Assembly: GCA_963783375.1 (NCBI GenBank)
Contig: CAWANH010000029.1
Span: 868,981 to 932,980 of the forward strand
From: Candidatus Eiseniibacteriota bacterium
GTDB taxonomy: Bacteria; Eisenbacteria; RBG-16-71-46; JABDJR01
Length of the DNA stretch: 64,000 bases
Reading direction: 5' to 3'
A program made the translations under genes and the position numbers. The notes under the pieces are model-generated. The model searched no databases. It had not been told where the DNA came from and saw only the letters and a program-made list of their open reading frames with translations. This document shows positions 57,199-64,000 of the stretch, one piece after another; the stretch's first letter is position 1; each line of letters starts with the position of its first letter.

Positions 57199-59805
57199 CT
57201 AGTCGAGCACGATCTCCGAGGCCGGCTCCCGCAGATTGTAGCGGGAACTCATGACCGCGCCGTAGGCCCCGGCGTTCTCGATCAGGAGAACGTCGCCGGG
57301 TTCCGGATCGGGGAGCGATCGGTCGCGGCCGAGGACGTCCCCCGATTCGCAGATCGGACCCACGATCTGCCAGTAGCGCCGGCACGGCTCGTCCAGCCGG
57401 CTCAGGTTGTGAATGGTGTGCCAGGCGCCGTAGAGGGCGGGGCGAAGGAGGGAGTTCATCCCGGTGGTGAGCCCCGCGTAGTGGACGCCTTCCTTGGTCC
57501 GGACCTGGGTGACCGGGGCGATCAGCACCCCCCCTTCGCTGACCAGGAACCGGCCCGGCTCCAGGCGAAGATCGAGCCCGGGAACCCGCGCGCGAAGCTC
57601 GGCCAGACGCGCTTCGAGCAGGGCGAGGTCGAGGGGAGCCTGCCCTGGGCGCTCGGGGACCCCCAACCCGCCGCCCAGATCGAGCCAGCGCGCCTCGGGA
57701 AATAGCTCGCGGATCCCGGCCAGGGCTTCCCCGGTTCTGAGCCAGACGTCGGGATCGAAGATCCCGCTCCCGACGTGGGCGTGAAGGCCGGTGACCCTCG
57801 CCCCCGCCCGCGACGCGGCCTCGACCAGCGCGTCCAGATCCCCGAGGGGCTGCCCGAACTTGGCCCGCGCGCCCGCGGTCCGCACCGTGGGATGGTGGCC
57901 GAAGCCGCGACCCGGATCGAGCCGGACCGCCACATCGCGGCCACGGAAGAGCTCGGGGTTGGCTTCGAATGCACCGGGACCGTCCACCGTGATCTCGGCG
58001 CCGACGGCCGCCGCCGCCGTGTACTCCTCCGGGGGGCAGAAATTCGGAGTGAAGAGCACCGGACACCCGGATCCCGCGACGGCCCGCGCCCGCTCCACCT
58101 CGGCCGCGGACACGCACTCCAGCCCGTAGCCCGCCCCGGCGAGAACGGCGAGAACGTCGGGGTGGGAGTTGGCCTTCATCGCATAGTAGAACCGGTTGAT
58201 CGAGGGGAGGTCGCGCCGGAGCGCTTCGGCTCGGGCCCGGATCGCGCCGAGGTCGTAGACGTAGTGCGCGCGGCCGTCCGCCGCAATCTTCAGGAGTTCC
58301 TCCCGCCGGCCCCGCCACCACGCCGGGGCGACCTGCTCGCCCGGGCGGCCGCCCCGGAGCATCTCCCAGCTGGGACCGAGACGCGGATCCTCGTCGTGGG
58401 CGGAAAAGAGGCGCGCGTGGAGCCGGGCGACCAGGGGCTGGGCGTCCGCCTCGTCCACCACGAAAGAGACGTTCAGATCCTCGGCGGAGACGCTCACCAG
58501 GTGCACCGGGTGCTCCTGGAATGCCTCGAAGGCGGGGCCGAGCTCGTGGAGGACGGCGCGAATCCGCCGGCCGACGATCGACACCACCGCCGCGGGATGG
58601 ACGATCCGGACCGTCCCCAGCTCCTCGAGGCGCCGCACCAGCTCCCGGAACGCCCGTCCCTCCATCCCCCCCGGAACCGTGTCCAGGGTGACGCTCACCG
58701 CGAACTCCGAGGTGGTCACGAGGTCGACCGAGATCCCCAGATCCCGGAACGGCTCGAAGACCCGCGCCAGATAGCCGGGGGTTCCCCACATGGCCAGGGC
58801 GGAGAGATTCACCAGGGTCACCGAGGTGCGGCAGGTCACCGCGGTCACCGCAGGATGGGCGCCGTCGTCGGCCTCGATCCGGGTGCCTTCGATCTCCGGA
58901 GACTGGACCCGGGCCACCCGCACCGGGATCCGGTGGCGCGCCGCCGGAACCAGGCAGCGGGGATGAAGGACCTTCGCCCCCAGGCTGGCCAGTTCCTGGG
59001 CTTCCCGGTAGCCGATCCGGCGGATCAACCGCGCGGCGGGAACGCGGCTCGGGTCGGCGGTGAACATGCCGTGGACATCGGTCCAGATCTCGAGGAACTC
59101 GGCCCCCAGACGCGCGGCGAAGAGGGCGGCCGAGGTGTCGCTTCCCCCCCGACCCAGTAGGCACGTCTCCCCCTGATCGGTGCGCGCGAGAAACCCCTGG
59201 GTGATGACCACCCGCGCACCGCCGGCCACGCGCTCCATCGGGCCGGGGTCGCGCTCGGCGGGCACGTCGGCATCCAGGTAGCGCGCCTCGTCGGATTCCA
59301 TGGACCGGGGCGCGCTCACCATGATCTCGGTGGCGTCGAGCCAGGCCGCGTTCACCCCCCGGGCGGCCAGAAGCGCCGCCCCCAACCGGCTCGACGCCCG
59401 CTCCCCCATGGCCATCACGCGGGCGGTGAGACGCGGGGGCGTCTCCCCGGTCAAACGAATCCCGTCCAGGAGCCGGGCAAGCTCATCCCACAGAGCCGCC
59501 AGTTCGGGAACGTCGGATTCGAGGCCGCCTGCCGACCCCAACGCCCGGTGAAGCTCGCGAAGCTCATCAGGCGCGGTGACAGTCTTTCCCTGCCGGGCCT
59601 CGGCCACCGCGCGCTCCAGACGGTCGGTGACGGTGGCCAGAGCCGACACCACCGCGCAGACCCGGTGTTCGGGGGTGAGTGCCCGAACCCGTTCGGCGAT
59701 CCGGTCCCATCCGGTCGCCGTAGCCACCGAGGTGCCGCCGTACTTGAGCACGACCCAGGTGGAACCCTTGGACAGGTTGTCGGACATGGCGCTGTGATCC
59801 GTCAT
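57199..59805 (-). CDS. bifunctional aspartate kinase / diaminopimelate decarboxylase (LysC-LysA fusion)
   Basis: Residues 1-~450 are aspartokinase (VVLKYGGTSVATATGWDRIAERV... ACT domains). Residues ~455-868 are a PLP-dependent Orn/DAP decarboxylase (RAHYVYDLGAIRARAEALRRDLPSINRFYYAMKANSHPDVL...GGGLGVPE...ESGDVLG). The reading frame is continuous across 868 aa. Confidence 0.88.
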   Translation of the reverse strand: MTDHSAMSDNLSKGSTWVVLKYGGTSVATATGWDRIAERVRALTPEHRVCAVVSALATVTDRLERAVAEARQGKTVTAPDELRELHRALGSAGGLESDVPELAALWDELARLLDGIRLTGETPPRLTARVMAMGERASSRLGAALLAARGVNAAWLDATEIMVSAPRSMESDEARYLDADVPAERDPGPMERVAGGARVVITQGFLARTDQGETCLLGRGGSDTSAALFAARLGAEFLEIWTDVHGMFTADPSRVPAARLIRRIGYREAQELASLGAKVLHPRCLVPAARHRIPVRVARVQSPEIEGTRIEADDGAHPAVTAVTCRTSVTLVNLSALAMWGTPGYLARVFEPFRDLGISVDLVTTSEFAVSVTLDTVPGGMEGRAFRELVRRLEELGTVRIVHPAAVVSIVGRRIRAVLHELGPAFEAFQEHPVHLVSVSAEDLNVSFVVDEADAQPLVARLHARLFSAHDEDPRLGPSWEMLRGGRPGEQVAPAWWRGRREELLKIAADGRAHYVYDLGAIRARAEALRRDLPSINRFYYAMKANSHPDVLAVLAGAGYGLECVSAAEVERARAVAGSGCPVLFTPNFCPPEEYTAAAAVGAEITVDGPGAFEANPELFRGRDVAVRLDPGRGFGHHPTVRTAGARAKFGQPLGDLDALVEAASRAGARVTGLHAHVGSGIFDPDVWLRTGEALAGIRELFPEARWLDLGGGLGVPERPGQAPLDLALLEARLAELRARVPGLDLRLEPGRFLVSEGGVLIAPVTQVRTKEGVHYAGLTTGMNSLLRPALYGAWHTIHNLSRLDEPCRRYWQIVGPICESGDVLGRDRSLPDPEPGDVLLIENAGAYGAVMSSRYNLREPASEIVLD

Positions 59806-59987
59806 GCAGGGGATGCCTCCTCGAACCGCTGACTATAACCCAGGAGCCTGCGGCGTCGAGGGGACGGCGTGGTTTCGATCGGGGGCGCGGCGCGAGGGCG
59901 CGGAAGATGCGCGGGGGCGGCGGGAAACGACAGGCGGAACCGCCCGGTGAGCGGTCCCGCCCGTTCATGCGGATCGGCACGGAGAGA

Positions 59988-60422
59988 TCAGATGCCGGTG
60001 ATGACCGGCGCGTCCGCGCTCGCGTACATGTCGGGAACGGTCATCACCAGGGTGATCCCGGAAAGCTTGCCCTTCCCGGTTGCGGTGATCACCAGTGGGT
60101 TCGAGTCGGCGGGTTGGCCGCCGCCCGAGGAGATCTGATAGGTGAAGTTCTCGGAATCGGCCATGTCCATCAGGCCGAACTCCCCGGCCACCGGCGGCCA
60201 GGTGGGGGTTCCATTCAATGCCGCGTGTTCCTGGGAGAACGCCTTCGCCGCGGTGATCATCTCCCCCATGCGGGACTGGGCCTCGGTGACCCGGGTCCGC
60301 CGTACGTAGCTCCCGTAGATCGGAACCGCGATACCGGCCAGAACCCCCACCACGACGGTCACCACCATGAGCTCGATGATGGTGAAGCCAGCCTTGGAGC
60401 GGAGCGGATGGTGTCGTTGCAT
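59988..60422 (-). CDS. type IV pilin / prepilin-type N-terminal cleavage-methylation domain protein
   Basis: ...KAGFTIIELMVVTVVVGVLAGIAVPIY has the G|FTxxE prepilin peptidase site. The protein is 144 aa. An AAGGAGG RBS lies 7 nt upstream. Confidence 0.8.
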   Translation of the reverse strand: MQRHHPLRSKAGFTIIELMVVTVVVGVLAGIAVPIYGSYVRRTRVTEAQSRMGEMITAAKAFSQEHAALNGTPTWPPVAGEFGLMDMADSENFTYQISSGGGQPADSNPLVITATGKGKLSGITLVMTVPDMYASADAPVITGI

Positions 60423-60669
60423 CGAAAGCCTCCTTGAAGAGGACCGTTCCCATCGCCTGGTGGACCGACCTTCGGCGGCGCTTCGCCCGGGAACCTGGGC
60501 GATCTCTCACACTCAGGGGGGATTCGCCCCAGAACATCCGAGGACCGTGGTGCCGCCCCGCAGCGGACACTCCCGCCGAATTGGCTGTCGCTTGGCCCGT
60601 TGGCGTCGGGTGGACCCCCACGGGCCCCGCCGCCCGCACCCCGGACCGGCACCGATGGACTCCAGAAGA

Positions 60670-60685
60670 TGCAAAGCCCGGACCA
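60670..60685 (-). promoter_or_regulatory. candidate sigma-54 (-24/-12) promoter upstream of the pilin gene: TGGTCC-N5-TTGCA
   Basis: On the minus strand, TGGTCCGGGCTTTGCA has GG and GC at the consensus spacing of TGGCAC-N5-TTGCA. It is about 250 nt upstream of the pilin ATG. Pilin genes are sigma-54-dependent in several lineages. Confidence 0.25.
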
Positions 60686-60770
60686 ACCGGGTCGGATTCG
60701 GACTCCAAGGCGGCGGGCCGGGCCACATCGGAGTCGGGCCGCGCCAGAGGAGGAGATAGGGAGGAAAGAA

Positions 60771-60848
60771 TGGTGTCCCCAACGGGATTTGAACCCGTGT
60801 CGCCAGCGTGAAAGGCTGGTGTCCTAGACCAGACTAGACGATGGGGAC
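60771..60848 (-). tRNA. tRNA-Glu (anticodon UUC), CCA encoded
   Basis: The reverse complement GTCCCCATCGTCTAGTCTGGTCTAGGACACCAGCCTTTCACGCTGGCGACACGGGTTCAAATCCCGTTGGGGACACCA folds with a 7-bp acceptor stem, a D stem GUCU/GGAC, an anticodon stem CCAGC/GCUGG with loop CUUUCAC, and a T arm ACGGG-UUCAAAU-CCCGU. Confidence 0.85.
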
Positions 60849-60910
60849 CCGAATCGAGGCCGCTCCGACGTCCAAGCCGCGTCGGAGGCGCAGGCAAAAA
60901 CCGGTCGCAG

Positions 60911-60940
60911 AAGGTACCAGGATACAAAGTCGAGGGTCAA
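60911..60940 (-). promoter_or_regulatory. candidate promoter for tRNA-Glu: TTGACC-N18-TGG-TACCTT
   Basis: The -35 TTGACC (60940..60935) and TGG+TACCTT (60919..60911) lie about 62 nt upstream of the mature tRNA 5' end. Confidence 0.3.
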
Positions 60941-61043
60941 CCGGCGCCCACGACCCGCGGGCGCCTCCGCGTCCCTGCCGTCCCCGCATCACAATATCCA
61001 ACAGGCTTGCGCTGTGTGCGAGAAACGCCGGGGAGAACCGCTG

Positions 61044-61074
61044 AAAAAAAAAGGCCGGGGGGTGATCCCCGGCC
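61044..61074 (-). terminator. canonical rho-independent terminator (8-bp GC stem GGCCGGGG/CCCCGGCC + U9)
   Basis: The minus-strand sequence is GGCCGGGGAUCACCCCCCGGCC followed by UUUUUUUUU. The plus strand has A9 at 61044..61052 preceding the hairpin at 61053..61074. Confidence 0.65.
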
Positions 61075-61250
61075 CCGCCTCAAGCTGGAGCCGGGCGTAG
61101 GCACCCGGCTGGAGGGCAACCAGCCTGAAGACTGATTCGTGCTCTAGGGCACGACCTCTTGACAAGGGTAACCGGCCAGTCCCACGAGGGATGAGCAAGG
61201 GCCGCGTCTGAGCGCAGCCAGCTTACACAGGGACACAGCCAAGCCACCGA
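61044..61250 (-). ncRNA. candidate small RNA (~200 nt) with its own extended -10 promoter and intrinsic terminator; identity unknown
   Basis: The unit is bounded by promoter TGGTATAAT (61264..61256) and the terminator at 61074..61044. It has lower GC than flanking DNA. The only ATG-initiated ORF is 34 codons with no RBS. No SRP RNA, RNase P, tmRNA or tRNA signatures were recognised. Confidence 0.35.
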
Positions 61251-61255
61251 GCATC

Positions 61256-61264
61256 ATTATACCA
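61256..61264 (-). promoter_or_regulatory. extended -10 promoter TGGTATAAT (perfect -10 hexamer with TGn)
   Basis: The minus strand reads ...TTTTGGGTGACGGCGGGGGGGGGCTGG-TATAAT-GATGCTCGG. The -35 is weak (GGGTGA). A G9 homopolymer lies in the spacer. Confidence 0.4.
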
Positions 61265-61296
61265 GCCCCCCCCCCGCCGTCACCCAAAATTTCCGC

Positions 61297-61908
61297 TTAC
61301 TGGAGACGCCGGACAAGCCCAACCACTTTTCCAACAATTTTCAGATCTTTCGGATTCCTCACCACGATGGGGTCCATGGTCTGGTTGGCCGGAAGAAGCC
61401 GAACCCTATCTGCTTTCTTTTCAAAGCGTTTGACGGTCGCCTCGTCCTCGATCATCGCGACCACGATGTCCCCGTTGACTGCCTGCTCCTGGGGCCGGAC
61501 CACGATGTAGTCTCCGGGGCAGATGTGTTCCTCGATCATGCTCTCACCCTGGACCTCCAGCAGGAAGTTCCCGTCTCCGCGGAGGAGGGAGGCGTCCAGG
61601 GTGAGCCGCTCGGCGATGTTCTCCACCGCGAGAAGGGGCGCCCCGGCGGCAATCCTCCCCACCAGGGGGACGCTCTGGCCGGAGGCGCTGGGCCGACTTC
61701 CGATGATCTCGATTCCCCTGGACCGGTCGCGGGTCCGGGCGATGAACCCCTTCCGCTCGAGGGCCAGGAGATGGTCCGAGGCGGCCCGGGTGCTCCTCAT
61801 CCCAAACTCGGAGCAGATCTCGCGGAGGGTGGGGGGGTACCCGTGCTCCTCCAGATGGCGGGCCAGGTAGTCGAAAATCTCCTGCTGTCGGGCGGTCAGG
61901 CGTTGCAT
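61297..61908 (-). CDS. lexA: LexA repressor (SOS response)
   Basis: Start at 61908 gives MQRLTARQQEIFDYLARHLEEHGYPPTLREICSEFGMRSTRAASDHLLALERKGFI... (wHTH). The C-terminal S24 peptidase has Ser (GESM) and Lys (VKRFEK). The protein is 203 aa with a GGAGG RBS. Confidence 0.93.
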   Translation of the reverse strand: MQRLTARQQEIFDYLARHLEEHGYPPTLREICSEFGMRSTRAASDHLLALERKGFIARTRDRSRGIEIIGSRPSASGQSVPLVGRIAAGAPLLAVENIAERLTLDASLLRGDGNFLLEVQGESMIEEHICPGDYIVVRPQEQAVNGDIVVAMIEDEATVKRFEKKADRVRLLPANQTMDPIVVRNPKDLKIVGKVVGLVRRLQ

Positions 61909-62414
61909 GGGGTGCCTCCCAGAAGGGTCCGGGTCACGAGGTCGGGGGAGAACAGGTCCCCTTGGCGATCCCGCCACCTCGCCCTCTCCTCGACCGAATC
62001 TAATGCACGACCGGCCGCGGGGCCAGCATTCTTGCTCGCTTTGGCCATTGATCCCCGCACCGCGTCCTTCACGTCCGTCTGGGCCGACACGCCCGGGGAG
62101 GCGGCCGCCGGTGGAGCGGGAGCGGCTTTCGGGACCCGCCCGACGGCCAGGGCCAGGAGAAAGCTCCTGGGCCAGAGATCTCCGGCCTCGGTGGCCACCG
62201 CGGGTCCCAGGGCGACCGCCCGGCGAAGAAGTCCGAGCCGTCGCTCCTGAACGAACTCGCTCCACTCGTCGGCGAACCGCCGCAGACGCTCCGCGCGAAT
62301 CCGGCGGGGCACGCTGCGACATGCCTTCTGGAGCTCCCCCACCAGGACCCGCCGTAGCGCGTACGCCTCCTGACGGGATCGGACTTCAGACCATTCCCTG
62401 TTCACCGCGATCAT
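61896..62414 (-). CDS. hypothetical protein encoded immediately upstream of lexA, overlapping its start by 13 nt
   Basis: Start at 62414 gives MIAVNREWSEVRSRQEAYALRRVLVGELQKACRSVPRRIRAERLRRFADEWSEFVQERRLGLLRRAVALGPAVATEAGDLWPRSFLLALAVGRV.... The protein-like N-terminal ~100 aa is followed by an Ala/Pro-rich tail. No recognisable domain was found. The overlapping plus-strand ORF 61907..62608 looks like compositional junk. Confidence 0.45.
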   Translation of the reverse strand: MIAVNREWSEVRSRQEAYALRRVLVGELQKACRSVPRRIRAERLRRFADEWSEFVQERRLGLLRRAVALGPAVATEAGDLWPRSFLLALAVGRVPKAAPAPPAAASPGVSAQTDVKDAVRGSMAKASKNAGPAAGRALDSVEERARWRDRQGDLFSPDLVTRTLLGGTPCNA

Positions 62415-62734
62415 GGTCGCCCCCTTTGACGGCGGGCCGCTCGCCCGCCCATCCGCGTTGGTTGACGGGTTGTCCGGGCCGCGCCCCGCCGCTGCGGCGC
62501 CGGCCCGGAACCCCGTCGTTTGCCTGCCGCGCCCCGTGGGCGCGGTCTCAAGAACAGCCCGGTCAAGGTCGGCTTCGCCCGCCTCACCCGACTTTCCCCG
62601 TCTTTTAGAGAGGACAGACACCTTGCCGGGCTCAATCCGTTTGCTGTGCATATGTATACTACTCGCATGAAGCCTCGGCAAGCAAAAAAGGGAGGGGACG
62701 GCAAAAAGTTTCGAACTCCCGGTCAAACAACCGT

Positions 62735-64000
62735 TTAAGGGGCGTCGAGGAAGGCTTCCAGACGCATGGAGAGCCGCTCCCATTCGGAAATCGCCCCCCC
62801 GATCTCCGCCTCCAGCTCCTTCAGCCGCCGGTGGAGCCGGCCCAGCTTCTCGGGATCGACCGCGGTCTCGGGTTCGGCCATGGCCAGGATGAGGTCCTCC
62901 TTCTCCGCCTCGAGTTCCTCGATCCGGGTCTCGGCGTCGGCCACCCGCCGGCGGAGCTTCTCCTCATCCCGCTTCCGCCGCCGCTGCTCCTCGTAGCTCC
63001 TCCGCCGCGCCTGCTTCCCGCCTGCCACGCCTTCGGCGCCGTCTCCACTCCGTTCGGCCGGGGGGGAGGGCTCCGGCGCCGGCCCCGGAGCGCCCCGCGA
63101 CTTCTCCGAGGCCTCGGCGCCGGTCACGCCGCGCCGCGAGTGAGCGTAGGCCGAGTACCCACCTTCCCAGAGCCGGCTCCCCACCGCGCGAAGCTCCAGC
63201 ACGTGGTCCACCACCCGATCCAGGAAGTAACGGTCGTGGCTCACCACCAGCACGGTGCCGGCATAGATTTCCAGCGCGGCTTCGAACACCTCCCGGGATT
63301 CGATGTCCAGGTGATTGGTGGGCTCATCGAGGACCAGGAAGTTGGCGCCGTGGCGCACCAGCTTGGCCAGGGCCACCCGGCTCTTCTCGCCGCCCGAAAG
63401 CTGGTTCAACGCCTTGAAGACATCGTCGCCCCGGAAGAGGAAGCCCCCCAGAAACGACCGGATCTCGTTCTCGGTGACCTGGGGGGTGACCGACCAGACC
63501 TCATCGAGAACGGATTGGGGGCCGCGGATCCTGGTCTGCTCCTGCTCGTAGTAGCCGATCTCCACCCCCGGCCCGATCCGGAGCGTCCCCTCGGTCTGGC
63601 CCTCCTCCCCCACCAGGATCCGCACCAGGGTGCTCTTCCCCACCCCGTTGGGACCGATGAGGCCGATCTTCTGGCCGCGGATGACCGAGAACGACACGTC
63701 GGAGAAGATGCGGGCATCGCCGTAGCGCTTGGAGAGCTTCTTGGCCTCGGCCACGATCTTGGCGCTCCGCGACGGCTCGGGGAGCTTCATGTGGATGCTC
63801 GAGGCCGGCCATTCCGGGGCATCGATGCGTTCCAGCTTCTCCAGCGCCTTCCGCCGGGACTGGGCCTGCTTGGTCTTCTGGCCGGCTAGGTTCCGGCGGA
63901 TGAAGTCCTCCTGGCGGAGGATCTCGACCCGCTGGAGCTCGTAGCGCTTGGCCTGCTCCTCGAGGCGCCGTTCGCGCTCGACCAGGAAGTCGTCGTAGTT
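62735..64000 (-). CDS. ABC-F family ATPase (EttA/Uup/YheS-like), C-terminal ~420 aa; the N-terminal ABC domain lies beyond the window end
   Basis: The second ABC domain is present (GLIGPNGVGKSTL, LSGGEKSRVALAKL, LVLDEPTNHLD) plus a C-terminal coiled coil. Reading upstream of track ORF 62735..63790 in the same frame continues without a stop to the window edge. That sequence is the inter-domain linker (...YDDFLVERERRLEEQAKRYELQRVEILRQEDFIRRNLAGQKTKQAQSRRKALEKLERIDAPE). Confidence 0.85.
   Translation of the reverse strand, partial: NYDDFLVERERRLEEQAKRYELQRVEILRQEDFIRRNLAGQKTKQAQSRRKALEKLERIDAPEWPASSIHMKLPEPSRSAKIVAEAKKLSKRYGDARIFSDVSFSVIRGQKIGLIGPNGVGKSTLVRILVGEEGQTEGTLRIGPGVEIGYYEQEQTRIRGPQSVLDEVWSVTPQVTENEIRSFLGGFLFRGDDVFKALNQLSGGEKSRVALAKLVRHGANFLVLDEPTNHLDIESREVFEAALEIYAGTVLVVSHDRYFLDRVVDHVLELRAVGSRLWEGGYSAYAHSRRGVTGAEASEKSRGAPGPAPEPSPPAERSGDGAEGVAGGKQARRRSYEEQRRRKRDEEKLRRRVADAETRIEELEAEKEDLILAMAEPETAVDPEKLGRLHRRLKELEAEIGGAISEWERLSMRLEAFLDAP

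Noticed and set aside
61159-61190. Plus-strand TTGACA hexamer inside the candidate sRNA region as a sigma-70 promoter
   Set aside because: No acceptable -10 follows at 16-19 nt, and the minus-strand promoter/terminator pair explains the region better.
1-64000. Mobile elements, CRISPR arrays, rRNA, prophage or integrase genes
   Set aside because: No transposase, integrase, direct-repeat array or rRNA signature was seen. The window is core chromosome with conserved operons (mre, mla, rplU-rpmA).

Overview
High-GC (~70%) bacterial chromosomal window of mostly core genes. The combination of a GWxTD-domain protein, an FG-GAP protein carrying a Por/T9SS-type C-terminal sorting domain, and very high GC suggests an FCB-group lineage, possibly Gemmatimonadota-like; this is inference only.

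Coding content, in window order: kdsB (partial), sahR-ahcY, an atypical SDR epimerase, a large secreted Gly/Asp tandem-repeat protein translationally coupled to plsC, mdh, rpmA-rplU, an RNase E/G-family gene preceded by a radical-SAM-like/DUF2344 fusion, comF, a GT-C membrane glycosyltransferase, the full rod-shape cluster rodA-mrdA-mreD-mreC-mreB, an OMP beta-barrel, an NlpC/P60 peptidase, a GWxTD protein, moaA, lgt, a secreted beta-helix protein, a second GT-C glycosyltransferase, a NUDIX hydrolase, a C25-like fragment, an alpha/beta hydrolase, PRODH, an MgtC/DUF4010 protein, an aminotransferase, the FG-GAP/CTD protein, YyaL, trmJ, a GAF protein, mlaEFD, bactofilin, DUF971, a TPMT-like methyltransferase, hmgA-hppD-metH, an RRM protein, an esterase lipoprotein, a squalene/phytoene-synthase-family protein, FmdB, an FAD oxidoreductase, a fused lysC-lysA, a type IV pilin, tRNA-Glu(UUC), lexA with an overlapping upstream ORF, and a partial ABC-F ATPase. 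No mobile elements, CRISPR arrays or rRNA were seen.

Main second-look items:
1. A ~200-nt promoter-to-terminator unit between lexA and tRNA-Glu with no convincing ORF, a candidate sRNA.
2. The TIGR03960-like radical-SAM protein has lost its CX3CX2C cysteine triad and is fused to DUF2344, directly upstream of RNase E/G.
3. A SahR-type regulator sits next to ahcY, and a CGGATATA element is shared between the sahR and metH leaders.
4. Four promoters share an extended -10 of the form TGnTA(C/T)AAT; one gives a leaderless mRNA.
5. A secreted ~24-aa tandem-repeat beta-solenoid-like protein overlaps the plsC stop.
6. Two single-base frameshifts sit in 7-nt C/G homopolymers, more consistent with assembly errors than true pseudogenes.
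7. An uncharacterised ORF overlaps the lexA start.

Many long ORFs in the six-frame track are antisense or out-of-frame artefacts of high GC content.
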